Origin: an uncultured Acidobacteriaceae bacterium | GTDB taxonomy: Bacteria > Acidobacteriota > Terriglobia > Terriglobales > Acidobacteriaceae | Assembly (NCBI GenBank): GCA_963799025.1 | Contig: CAWCVQ010000014.1 | Location: 4,182 to 68,181 of the forward strand | Direction: 5' to 3' | Length of the DNA: 64,000 bases | Shown here: piece after piece, positions 7,716 to 20,202 of the stretch | How positions within the stretch are numbered: position 1 is the stretch's first letter | How the letters are laid out: every line of letters begins with the position of its first letter | Translations under genes and position numbers: made by a program | Notes under the pieces: generated by a model | Databases searched by the model: none | Told to the model about the DNA's origin: nothing | The model's input: the letters and a program-made list of their open reading frames with translations, nothing else

Positions 7716-10466
7716 GGCGCCTGCTTCAAGCTTTCGCAGACCCTCCCACATCGCAACGATGCGTCCTCTCAGATCGGCAGTAAGCTTTTCGTAAGCCTCT
7801 TCGGAAGCTTCTGATTCCGGCGGCGGACTAATTGAATCGCCGAACGCCATCTTGAGCGGCGCGAAGCCGCGAAACTTTTGGTTTCGTGGCCACACCCCAT
7901 GAAACCCTTCAATCGCTACAGGAATGATGGGCACTTGCAAATGAATCGAAAGAATCGCCGCGCCCTTCTTGAAGACTCTAGGTACGCCGTCGATCGAACG
8001 CTCCCCTTCGGGGTAGAGCACGAGCGCCATCCCATGCCGCAGACCGAAAGCACCGGCGCGCATCGCCGGAACCAAATTCGCGTCCGGATCGACGACTACA
8101 ACCTTGATGGATCGCGCCAGGCGGCGCATCACTCCCGTGCCGAAGATTTCGCTGGTCCCCACGGCAAAAGCTCTGAAGAATACTTCTGGCGGCAAAACGC
8201 TCGCCAGTATAAGCGGATCGAGATAGCTCTGATGGTTCGACGAAATAATGCACGGCCCAGTTTTGGGGAGTTTGTCAAAGCCCGTCACCTTCAAATGAAA
8301 AAGATCGAGCGCGACCACTTGCATCAGTCGCGTCACCAGGTACCAGAACGTGTCGTTGAACCGATTGGAATGGGCTAGCGCACGGATTTCCGGATCGTCA
8401 GGCTCTTCAGCCAGGATCGACTTCCATCCCGCGAAAGTGACCCGCGTTCCGGCCCCACCCGCGCCGCTGGCTGCGCTTTGCAATACCGCGTCGACCAGAT
8501 TGCGGACGGTGTAGATCTCGGTTAGTTGAGACTCTTCAACGTTGCCTCCAAGTTCCTCTTCCAATCGGCTGAGCAACTCGACCCGCTGCATGGAGTCGAA
8601 GCCGAGATCAAGATCCAGGTTGAGGCTGGGCCGCAGAGTAGGTGGGACGTTGGACGCGGCCTCGCGGATGATCTTCAAAGCGCGCTCGACGTCGGGCTGA
8701 TCGAGCCATGCGGTTTCTTCCGCGGTTAACGGTTTCTCCGCCGGCAGGTCCGACTCGTCCGCGACTTTGTTCGATTGATTGGCTCTGACCCGCTTCTCGA
8801 CCTCAAAACGTTTGATTTTGCGTGTCGTCGTACGGGGCAAGTCTTCCTGCCAGATTTCGTAGCTGCCAATGCGCTTGGTGGAAGCGATTCCGGGCGACAT
8901 GCCTTCAATATCGAAACGGATGGCTTCCTTTGCGTTGACAATCTTGCGCTGCCGCAGCGTATCGAAGTTTGGAACAATCACGGCGTGCAGGCGATCGCCG
9001 CCTTCGCCGGGTTTACCCTCAAGTCCCATCACCGCCATTTCCTTGATGTACGGCGACTTCAGGTAATAAGATTCGATCTCTTCCGGATAGACATTCTTAC
9101 CGTTGCTGAGAACGATCACTTCTTTCTTGCGCCCGGTCAAGAACAGGTGGCCGTGGGAATCGAAATAGCCGAGATCCCCGGTGAGAAACCATCCGTCGCG
9201 CAGAACTGCGACAGTCGCATCGGGACGATTCCAATAGCCTTTCATCACCATCGGACCCCGCACTGCGACCTCGCCAACCGGGGCGGAATCTTCCTGCGGC
9301 TGCGGGTCAACAATTTTGCCCTCGACGCCCTTCAGGGCCTTGCCGACCGAGCCAATCTCGTTGTCGTGGGGCGAATTGGCGAAGACCCCCGCGGTCGTTT
9401 CTGTCAGGCCGTAAGCCTGCAGCACGTCGATGCCGAGATCGTGGAAAGCTCGCGCAATCCCAGGGTCGAAGCGCGATCCGCCGGTGACCAGGTACCGCAT
9501 CTTTGGTCCCAGAGTGTCATGCACTTTACGGAATAAGATCGGGCCCGCATTGATTCCGATTTTGCGCAACATGCGATTCATCGCGACCATCCCGGCGAAA
9601 ATTTTCCGGGCGATCGCTCCTCGCTTCGCAACCTCCTGAGTTAAACGTTCATAAATCAGGTAGAAAAATTGCGGCACGACCGCGAAAGCGGTAATGTTTC
9701 GTTCGCTCAAGGCCCGCAACAGTTCAGTGGTGTTGAGCGTTTCCAGATACACCACCCGGGAACCCTTGACCAGAGGGAGCAGCAGATTGGCCATCTGCGC
9801 CAGAACGTGAAACAAGGGCAGCACGCCCAACAGCGCGTCCGTCGGGCCGAGATCGACCCAATCGAAGACCGCCTCGACTTCCCCGATGAAATTGGAATGC
9901 GTCAACATCACACCTTTGGGATCTGCGGTGGTGCCCGAGGTGTAGAGCAGGGATGCGAGGTCGTCGTCCTTCGACGTAGCCGCTTTGAAGTTGCCCGGGC
10001 CGGCATCGAAAATCGCGGGCAGATTGCCGAGCCAACGTTCTGCGGTGGAATGTTCATTCATGCGGTCTGGATCCATCAGGATCAGGCCCAGCTTTAACTC
10101 CGTGACCGCAGCGCCTACGAGCGCAAGATGTTTTACATCGCAGAACACGGCGGAGGTTCCGCTGTCCTTCAGAAGCTTGGTAACCTGATCGTCGTGCAAG
10201 GCGGTGTCAAGGGGAACGGCTGCGCAACCTGAGGCGATGATTCCCAAATAAGCGGCGACCCAACGCGGATGATTATCGGCAAGAATCGCCAACCGCGACC
10301 CGCGATGAAATTTGTTTTCCGTGATCCAGCAGCCTACCGATTCGGCCATGCGGCGCAGTTCGTCATACGTACAGCTTTCGAGGTGATCGTGGCGCTGCAG
10401 TTCCAGCGCAACGTTGTCCGGCCAGCGTTGCGCGCACTCGACAAAGCGGTCGTAGAAAGTGGGCAT
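7653..10466 (-). CDS. Tri-domain fusion: acyl-AMP ligase (AMP-binding), carrier (PP-binding) domain and PlsC-type lysophospholipid acyltransferase
   Basis: 937 aa. AMP-binding motifs are LLYTSGTTADPKGVMLTH, AYGLTETTAG, GDLGYFDSHGHLFLTGRKKEVIVLSNGKNVYPEEIE and TTRKIKR. The carrier domain reads LDLGFDSMQRVELLSRLEEELG (Ser codon near 8592). The acyltransferase has SNHQSYLDPL (HX4D) and YPEGERS. The 3' end overlaps the convergent gene 6801..7715 by 63 nt. Confidence 0.85.
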   Translation of the reverse strand: MPTFYDRFVECAQRWPDNVALELQRHDHLESCTYDELRRMAESVGCWITENKFHRGSRLAILADNHPRWVAAYLGIIASGCAAVPLDTALHDDQVTKLLKDSGTSAVFCDVKHLALVGAAVTELKLGLILMDPDRMNEHSTAERWLGNLPAIFDAGPGNFKAATSKDDDLASLLYTSGTTADPKGVMLTHSNFIGEVEAVFDWVDLGPTDALLGVLPLFHVLAQMANLLLPLVKGSRVVYLETLNTTELLRALSERNITAFAVVPQFFYLIYERLTQEVAKRGAIARKIFAGMVAMNRMLRKIGINAGPILFRKVHDTLGPKMRYLVTGGSRFDPGIARAFHDLGIDVLQAYGLTETTAGVFANSPHDNEIGSVGKALKGVEGKIVDPQPQEDSAPVGEVAVRGPMVMKGYWNRPDATVAVLRDGWFLTGDLGYFDSHGHLFLTGRKKEVIVLSNGKNVYPEEIESYYLKSPYIKEMAVMGLEGKPGEGGDRLHAVIVPNFDTLRQRKIVNAKEAIRFDIEGMSPGIASTKRIGSYEIWQEDLPRTTTRKIKRFEVEKRVRANQSNKVADESDLPAEKPLTAEETAWLDQPDVERALKIIREAASNVPPTLRPSLNLDLDLGFDSMQRVELLSRLEEELGGNVEESQLTEIYTVRNLVDAVLQSAASGAGGAGTRVTFAGWKSILAEEPDDPEIRALAHSNRFNDTFWYLVTRLMQVVALDLFHLKVTGFDKLPKTGPCIISSNHQSYLDPLILASVLPPEVFFRAFAVGTSEIFGTGVMRRLARSIKVVVVDPDANLVPAMRAGAFGLRHGMALVLYPEGERSIDGVPRVFKKGAAILSIHLQVPIIPVAIEGFHGVWPRNQKFRGFAPLKMAFGDSISPPPESEASEEAYEKLTADLRGRIVAMWEGLRKLEAGASGASASGLSAEGSGEAVEHE

Positions 10467-10626
10467 GGGTCGTGGCGAATATACACGAAAAAAAGCGTGG
10501 GCCGCAGGAAGAGCGGGTGTTTTCGCGCTTCAAGGAATGGTCCTTACCCGCGCGCCAAGCAGGTTTAGGCCAAACATCTTCAGATTGCCAGGTAGGAAAT
10601 TTGGCACCAGGAATGAAGCGCGTTTC

Positions 10627-11259
10627 TCAGGGCTTCTTAGATTGTGGCGGCGGCTGTTCCGCCTTGGCGATGGCTTTGCGGAATTCCTCGACGGCCGTAA
10701 CGCTGGGCTCGCGCAGAGAGTCCTTGGCGATGTAGCGCCACACCGCCGGAGAATCCAACGGATATTGCCCGTGGCCGCGATACACCTCAAATGTATCTTC
10801 GGAGGCGCCGACCTCAGTGCTCATGCGGGGGCCATTTAGCGGCGGTCCCGCTGCCGGATCGCTCAGCGGAGGCGGTTGACCCTGCTGCCCGCCAATCCGA
10901 ATGCCTCCGTCCGTCGACTGTGCCGTACCCGGCCGTTGATCAATCGGGCCACCCTTGATACTGGGCTGCATCATCTTCCCGCTGCCGGTGCGAACGGCGA
11001 TCACAAGGTCAGCTTCCTCCCCCGCCATCACCAGGCGGAAGCGGCCCCATTGCATGAGTGCCTTCTCCACGCTGTCGCGGGCGGTGGCATTTGCCATCGG
11101 CCGGTCAACCGGTTCGCCCGCATCGGGGCTTATCACGACCAATGCCGTGGTAGCCCTCAATACTTCCTCTGGCAGCGTGGATTTCTTTTTATCTTTCGCG
11201 TTCGCGGGGACAACCAAGAGCGCGGTCAAGAGGACGAGCGAAGAGACGCGTGTAGTCAT
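10627..11259 (-). CDS. Hypothetical exported protein
   Basis: The ORF is 10627..11328. The likely start is MTTRVSSLVLLTALLVVPANA (signal peptide) at 11259. I recognise no domain. Confidence 0.55.
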   Translation of the reverse strand: MTTRVSSLVLLTALLVVPANAKDKKKSTLPEEVLRATTALVVISPDAGEPVDRPMANATARDSVEKALMQWGRFRLVMAGEEADLVIAVRTGSGKMMQPSIKGGPIDQRPGTAQSTDGGIRIGGQQGQPPPLSDPAAGPPLNGPRMSTEVGASEDTFEVYRGHGQYPLDSPAVWRYIAKDSLREPSVTAVEEFRKAIAKAEQPPPQSKKP

Positions 11260-11410
11260 GGCAAGACTCCGTGACCAGCGACTGACGCCGCCATTATACT
11301 GTAGGTGCGCCGGGCGTGCTCGGCGCATGCTTCATCATGGGCTTGGCTCGCATCTAATGTGCTAGGCTTTAAAGGTATCTTGGGCGTGCTGCCCCCTGAA
11401 GGAATTCCGG

Positions 11411-14452
<3,042 letters not shown>

Positions 14453-14984
14453 GAAGCCTCGTGTCCCAGGTAGGCCTGCAATGAAAGCCAGGATAGGTGA
14501 GACGACGCGTGTAATTGCTGCCGCGACGTTGTTGACGTATTCCGCTGTTCTTCAAGCGTAATCCTCTTCGAACAAAAGCAAGGATAACGACGATCCCACG
14601 CCAGACCGCCTGTAACAGCGGCCGATGTTCGCATGGTGCAAAGGGCGAAGAAAATTCCCACTTCGCTGGAGAAGTGGAACCGCTCAGACACGAGAGTCTG
14701 CCCGGCAGACGCCAAGACCTTCAGCCTTTACTGCGCATTGGAAAAAGCTACCGATGAGGTGACGGCAACTTTCAACATCGCGGCGCCGCAATGCAGAGGC
14801 GCGGTTTGTGATTGATGAAATCGTTCTGAACCGGAATTATGACCATCGCTTGATGGACCACAACAACGATCCCAAGACCACTTTCGCGGATGTGCAGAAG
14901 GTTTTCCGATTGTTGCAGCAACGGATCGCGGAGCGGCTGACAAAAGAGTCGCCGAGCAAATAAGAGCTGGACCTGAGCGTTTGC

Positions 14985-15551
14985 CTACCTGTGTCGCTTT
15001 TCTACCGTTTCAAATGTCATCTCTTTCGCGGAACTCTTCGTTTCTTTTCTCCACTCAACAAACAGCGTCGCGTAGTTCTTCGTGATGTAATCTTCACCAC
15101 TCACGCCGAGCCTGTTCGCCGTTGCGTCAATCCACCGCGATGGGCCTTCGATCTCGCAGAAATTGCCGATCGGCGTTTGATCCACTACCACCTGTCCCTG
15201 CTTATCCATCCACTCCGCACGGAATTTTTCGTAGCGAAATGACGGAGCGTACCCCAGCCCTCGCAGAATCGCATCCATCTTCTTGCCGTCGTCAACACCC
15301 GTCTCCAGCTCGACCCGGCTGCTGTGCCGGCCTGTTTTGCCGCCGCTTTTATGGGTTAGCTTCCATGACGAACCATACTTTCGCAACCTTAACAGTTCTT
15401 TTCGTTTCCGCAGCACTTCGCCCGGCAGATCGTAGAGCGTGTTCATCTCGTGAGTGCGCCGCGTGACCAGCCGAAATCCTGCTGTTCGCAACTTACGGGC
15501 GAGTTCGCGCAAGTCCGCAACTCGAAACTTGACTTCAATTTCGCGCTTCAT
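14985..15551 (-). CDS. CYTH-domain protein (CyaB-type class IV adenylyl cyclase / triphosphatase family)
   Basis: 188 aa. The N-terminal ExExK signature (MKREIEVKFRV) and overall CYTH-like pattern are present (LRLRKYGSSWKLTHK, FCEIEG). Confidence 0.8.
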   Translation of the reverse strand: MKREIEVKFRVADLRELARKLRTAGFRLVTRRTHEMNTLYDLPGEVLRKRKELLRLRKYGSSWKLTHKSGGKTGRHSSRVELETGVDDGKKMDAILRGLGYAPSFRYEKFRAEWMDKQGQVVVDQTPIGNFCEIEGPSRWIDATANRLGVSGEDYITKNYATLFVEWRKETKSSAKEMTFETVEKRHR

Positions 15552-15563
15552 GAAAAGAGTGTA

Positions 15564-16883
15564 TTACGGCTGCGGCGATTCCGGCGCGGAGTAGGCAGCC
15601 AAGCCGTGAAATTCGTGGTTGTCCTTTTCCCAATCCACTTCTTGAATCGGGCCGACGACAAAGATCCAACTGACAGCACCGATCCAGACCACGGCCGCGG
15701 TAATGAAAAATGCCCAATAGAAGTGGCCGGTGCGGTCGAGCAGAATTCCCGTGAGTGTGGGTGCGACTGCACCGGCGAAATTTCCCGCGAAGTTTTGTAC
15801 GCCCGTCCAACGGCCCACCATCCGCGGTCCAGCCAGGGTTTGGGTCATCGCCCAGATGTTGCAAGCCGATACACCCATGAAGGCGCCTGCCAGCGCAAGG
15901 GTCCACAGAAAAATAGCGTTCGGAGCAACTGCGGACGCCGCCAGAAAAATACCCATGCCGGTGTTTCCTAAGGTCGCCAATGTCTTGCGCACGCGCGTGG
16001 GAGAACCGCCGCCCGCGATCCAGCGGTCCGACAGTTTTCCGAAGACGGCAGAGGAAATGGCAAATAGAACGTAAACCAATCCACCTGCCTTCGCCATTTG
16101 CGTCATTGACAGATGGCGTTCGCGAATCAGATAGAAGGGCAGCCAGGTCACCAGAAAATACGAAGCGTAATTGAAACTGAATTGGCAGATGCATGTTCCC
16201 CACGCAGACCGTTGCCGCAGAATGGCGAGAACTCCGGCTCGCGAACGGGACGAACGCAAAAAAGGTGCACTGCGCGGCATCCATGCCCACCAAGGTACGA
16301 GCCACAACAAACCTGCGAGCCCTAGAGTGACAAAGAACGGGCGCCATCCAAACCGCCCTACCAGGTTCCCGCCCAACAGCATGCCGACTGCTGGTCCTAA
16401 GGCCAGGCCGGTAATGACCACAGAGTTGGCGAATCCTCGGTTTCTCTCTTTGAAGTGGCTGCCCAGAATCTTCCCATAGGCGGGAAAGGCGACAGATTCT
16501 CCAACGCCGAGAACCACGCGGATGGCCAGCAATGCCACAAATCCGTGCAGAACTCCGGTGACTGCCGTAGCTGCGGACCATATGAAGAATCCCAGGGCAA
16601 AGACCCACTTCACATCGAAGCGGTCGACCAGCCAGCCGGCGGGAATCTGCAGCAATGCGTAGGTGTAGAAAAAAGCCGAAAGCAGAGTGCCCAGTTGCGA
16701 CGCGGAAATCCCCAGCTCATCTTTGATCAGCGGCGCGGCGATCGACAAATTGCTTCGGTCGATGTAGTTGATGAGAACCGAAAGGCCAACAAGGAACAGG
16801 ACTCGGTTCATGTTGGGACCAGTCTGCCGCCCCGCTGGCGACGCGGTTTCCTCGCGACTGGCGGAGAGATTCATCAGAGGCAA
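15564..16883 (-). CDS. MFS transporter (anion:cation symporter/ACS-like)
   Basis: 439 aa with about 12 predicted hydrophobic segments. INYIDRSNLSIAAPLIKDELGISASQLGTLLSAFFYTYALLQIPAGWLVDRF is typical of the ACS family. An alternative start is MNRV at 16811. Confidence 0.88.
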   Translation of the reverse strand: MPLMNLSASREETASPAGRQTGPNMNRVLFLVGLSVLINYIDRSNLSIAAPLIKDELGISASQLGTLLSAFFYTYALLQIPAGWLVDRFDVKWVFALGFFIWSAATAVTGVLHGFVALLAIRVVLGVGESVAFPAYGKILGSHFKERNRGFANSVVITGLALGPAVGMLLGGNLVGRFGWRPFFVTLGLAGLLWLVPWWAWMPRSAPFLRSSRSRAGVLAILRQRSAWGTCICQFSFNYASYFLVTWLPFYLIRERHLSMTQMAKAGGLVYVLFAISSAVFGKLSDRWIAGGGSPTRVRKTLATLGNTGMGIFLAASAVAPNAIFLWTLALAGAFMGVSACNIWAMTQTLAGPRMVGRWTGVQNFAGNFAGAVAPTLTGILLDRTGHFYWAFFITAAVVWIGAVSWIFVVGPIQEVDWEKDNHEFHGLAAYSAPESPQP

Positions 16884-16983
16884 AACGCCCCAATTGTACT
16901 CTCTTGCTAGAAAGTTCCTGGAAGAGTTCCGCTCTGAGCAGTGCTATTATTCCCGGCAATCAACACAACACTTTGGGGGAAGT

Positions 16984-17433
16984 ATGAGAAATCTGTTCGA
17001 GCAAGAGACAGCGGACGAAGTGGTGGCGCGTATCGATAAGCTGCAGCCGGCGACGCAACGGCAGTGGGGAAAGATGGATGTAGCACAAATGATGGCGCAC
17101 TGCTCGGCCGCGATCGATATGGCCTCGGGCCGCATCAACCCGCCGCGCATCTTAATCGGAAGGTTGTTCGGAACGTTCGTCAAGCCGATCTACACCAACG
17201 AGAAGCCACTCTCGCGAAACAGTCCCACTGACAAGACACTGCTTGTCTCGGAGCGGCGGGAGTTTGTACGCGAACAGGAGCTACTCAAGCTAAAGGTTCG
17301 GCAATTTTGTGAAGGAGCGGAAGCTAAGTGTACCCGGCATGCGCACCCGTTCTTTGGCACTCTCACCCCGCAAGAGTGGAGCCGCGGAATGTACAAACAT
17401 TTGGATCATCACTTGAGACAATTCGGCGTCTGA
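16984..17433 (+). CDS. DUF1569 (DinB-superfamily) protein
   Basis: This is the internal Met of ORF 16768..17433. The sequence is MRNLFEQETADEVVARIDKLQP...WGKMDVAQMMAHC...HPFFGTLTPQEWSRGMYKHLDHHLRQFGV. The C-terminal motif is typical of DUF1569. Confidence 0.8.
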   Translation: MRNLFEQETADEVVARIDKLQPATQRQWGKMDVAQMMAHCSAAIDMASGRINPPRILIGRLFGTFVKPIYTNEKPLSRNSPTDKTLLVSERREFVREQELLKLKVRQFCEGAEAKCTRHAHPFFGTLTPQEWSRGMYKHLDHHLRQFGV

Positions 17434-17457
17434 AGGTGGCTTTGAGGAATCAAATTG

Positions 17458-18843
17458 CTAGGGTTGCGGAGATGTCGCTTTCCAATATCCATTCAGCAAT
17501 CCCCAGTCGTAATGATTCTGCTTCCAGTCGATTGCCGAACTGTCGCCCCAGTAGATCGAGCCATAGTCGGAGTTCCCCGGTTCCATCTGCATTCGATTCG
17601 GACGAAGCAGGGCTTCCCGGCTGTTCAACGAGCGCACTCCTCCACCGGAATGGCACCAGACGCAGCGCTGTAACTCGGGAGGAGCTTCGTTGATAGAAGC
17701 CGGAGTGGCAGAGGGCTCAGTACCCTCGATTAGGTCTCCACCTTGCGTCTGAAAAGTGGGAAACTCTCTTTCGTCACGACCGACTGCTCGCAGGCCGCCA
17801 TTCTTCGCAGAAAACAGCAGCGGACGGGTGAGCTTGATCTCGTAAAAATCCTGTCCGCTGTTCTTGATGGTGTCGGCAAACCTGCCGCTAAAGAAGCGTT
17901 CGGCAGTCGCGGTAATTGCGTGATACGTGCGAATTTGCACGCTCTCGGTGATGTTCGAAGTCACCAGGTTGCCTTGATTGTCAAACAGGTTCATGCGGCG
18001 TACCAGCGCGACCTGGGTTCCGGCGGGAAACGATGGCAGCGCGGGATTCAACGCAGCTTGATCCGAATTTGTCTCCTGAACCCACGGTTGAGGAAAGTTC
18101 CACAGAGCCTGAAAATAATCCATCGTTGCCTTATGTCCGCCTGGCAGTTTTACGAATACCAGGAAACTCGAGCGTCCTGAGAGGTTAAAGATGTGCATTT
18201 TTGCCACGCCCAGACCATCAAACTCCGGACTGGGCGTAATGCCGGCCCACGGCCCATGCGGGTCAAACAACTCTGGGGGCAGGAACGGCTGCTCCGGATT
18301 CGCTGGGTCATATTCCCTGGCGAACGCTCCTGAGGCCACCGCTTCAGCATAATTGTCCGGCAGGGACTTAACTGCTTCTGGCGTGAGCGCCAGGCGCCAG
18401 AGCACTTTCGCCAGCCGGATCTGCAGTTCCTTCTTCTGTTTGGCATACTGAGGCCGATCCCTTGAAGCGAATTGTTCGACGGACCAGTCGAACACTGCCC
18501 AGAGATCACGCTGCAACAAGGCATGCTTGATGGGATCGTGAATGAGATTCTCCGCATTCGTTTGTAAGAATTCGTCGAGGACGTGCAGGGCGCGTTCGTG
18601 GGATGGCCCAGCCAGCAAGTGCTCGGTAGCCGGCCACAGAAGCGGATCGAGCGAGTCCGCGCCGAACTGAGTTCCGTGATGGTCTTCACGGATCAACAAG
18701 GCTGCATAAAGCCGGTTCCAGAGGTGCGAGGGATTCGAATCGTAAATGGTGGTGGATATTTCCGGAGGTGTGGGGGAGGCTGCAAGTTTACAGAAAGCCA
18801 CCATCAACGCTGTGAGCAGAAGTGAAGTGACGATGCGACGCAT
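17458..18843 (-). CDS. Hypothetical exported protein with a single C-terminal CXXCH motif
   Basis: The ORF is 17458..18867. The likely start is MRRIVTSLLLTALMVAFCKLAA (signal peptide). CVWCH lies near the C-terminus. I recognise no other domain. Confidence 0.6.
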   Translation of the reverse strand: MRRIVTSLLLTALMVAFCKLAASPTPPEISTTIYDSNPSHLWNRLYAALLIREDHHGTQFGADSLDPLLWPATEHLLAGPSHERALHVLDEFLQTNAENLIHDPIKHALLQRDLWAVFDWSVEQFASRDRPQYAKQKKELQIRLAKVLWRLALTPEAVKSLPDNYAEAVASGAFAREYDPANPEQPFLPPELFDPHGPWAGITPSPEFDGLGVAKMHIFNLSGRSSFLVFVKLPGGHKATMDYFQALWNFPQPWVQETNSDQAALNPALPSFPAGTQVALVRRMNLFDNQGNLVTSNITESVQIRTYHAITATAERFFSGRFADTIKNSGQDFYEIKLTRPLLFSAKNGGLRAVGRDEREFPTFQTQGGDLIEGTEPSATPASINEAPPELQRCVWCHSGGGVRSLNSREALLRPNRMQMEPGNSDYGSIYWGDSSAIDWKQNHYDWGLLNGYWKATSPQP

Positions 18844-18984
18844 CGGCGTCTCCAGGCACGCGAACAATCCACGTCTCGCAAACGAGACATCGGGACCTTA
18901 CGATTGTTGCAACCCCTTGACAGCGAAAAGTTGCGCCCTGCAGAAGTCAGATAACCGTGAGCCAGGGCAGCCTCGCCCTCAAGC

Positions 18985-19965
18985 TTAGGTGAACGTCGGC
19001 AGCTTCACCAGATCATCCTTTGGCACAGACTCAAGATGCCCTCCGGCTTTCCGCCACGCCGTCAAACCGCCCACAATCACGAACGTGTTAAATCCCTTTT
19101 CCCGCAGCAGGTGCGCCACCCGGGCGCTGGTCGCTTCGCGTGCTCAAGTACAGTAAAGATAAATGTCCTTGTCCTTGGGTAGATTCTTGATCTCCTCCTC
19201 GAGATTGTTGGGCTCGATGCGGATCGAGCCGGCGATCCGCTCGGAACCAACGTCGTAGTAGCCGTGGCTGCGCACGTCAACGATCAGCACCCGGTTGGCT
19301 TCCGTTGAAGCCAGGCGCGCGGCCAGTTCCTGGACTTGCACGCGCGGCATGACGCGATATTTCTTGTATTTACGAAATTGCACGCCGCGATAAATTGCAT
19401 ACCCCACCAGTGCAGCGATGACGATGATTTCCATAGCCCGTCCCGCGGCGTGGAACCCACTCAACGTGGCTGCCAGAAAATCGCGCGAAAGATACCCCAC
19501 CAGCAAGTAGGTCGTGCTGTACAGCAGAGCTCCAACAAAATCCAAGCGCAAGAATTGCCCGAAGCGCATCTTCATGCTGCCCGCCAGTGGCGCCGCCATG
19601 GTGTTGATCCCGGGAATGAATTTAGCAATGATCAGCGTCGCCTTGCCGCGTTTATAAAACGATTCGGCCGAGCGCAGGATGCAGGTTTCGGGATTCATCG
19701 AGAGCCGGCACAGGAATCCCAGCAACGCCCATCCCGAGTAACGCCCTAGCCAAAACTGCGCCGAGTCGCCGATCAAAAGCGCGATCATCGATGCGAGAAG
19801 AACCGCCGGGCCGTATAAGGTGTGGGACGCGACAGCAGCGCCCGCCGCTACCAATGCGATCGCGGCAGGGAAGGGAAGTCCAAGCGCTTCAGCAAACAGC
19901 AAGCCGAATGTCAGGGCATAGCCCTGGCGCGCCATGACGTGGAGCAGGTAGTTCATAAGAAGCAA
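18985..19965 (-). CDS. DedA-family membrane protein fused to a rhodanese domain, interrupted by one in-frame TGA (19144-19146)
   Basis: The track ORF 19144..19965 ends ...NLPKDKDIYLYCT-TGA. My translation continues in the same frame for 52 more codons to the TAA at 18985-18987: AREATSARVAHLLREKGFNTFVIVGGLTAWRKAGGHLESVPKDDLVKLPTFT. This is the remainder of a rhodanese fold (GGxxxW). Confidence 0.75.
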
Positions 19966-20110
19966 TCAACCCGGACGACGCAAGAATCCTGATCAACCAG
20001 AGATTCGATTCGTCGGCGTCAGGAAACGGTTCAGTATAACAATCCAGTAGCCGCTCGTTTCGTGGGGGGTATCCTGATCGGAGCCGTTCTGCAAACGAAG
20101 GGAAGAGACA

Positions 20111-20144
20111 GGTGAGCGAAGTCGAAGGGATCTCGCCGTGCAGG
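20111..20144. repeat. REP-like element (gagcgaag..gaagggatc type)
   Basis: ggtgagcgaagtcgaagggatctcgccgtgcagg lies in the intergenic gap between the dedA-rhodanese start and the ispB-like stop. It is related to the element at 35552-35660. Confidence 0.45.
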
Positions 20145-20202
20145 TTATCCCAGGCGCGTGAGCAATTGAACTACACGGGCCGCCAGCGGCTCGGGAATTT
20201 GC

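Noticed and set aside
10490-10545. Possible Rho-independent terminator (minus strand) with a T7 run after the exported-protein gene.
   Set aside because: The T-run (a7 on the plus strand at about 10489-10495) is real. I could not find a convincing GC stem immediately upstream of it; the best pairing is only 4-5 bp.
14808-14963. 51-codon GTG-initiated ORF (VIDEIVLNRNYDHRLMDHNNDPKTTFADVQKVFRLLQQRIAERLTKESPSK) in the secA/CYTH spacer.
   Set aside because: The composition looks protein-like. However, the ORF is short, has no ATG or RBS and no recognisable family, so support is too weak to call a gene.
15535-16608. 357-aa minus-strand ORF overlapping the MFS transporter in another frame.
   Set aside because: The alternative frame (15564..16883) gives a full 12-TM MFS protein with family motifs. 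This frame is Arg/Gly/Cys-rich junk.
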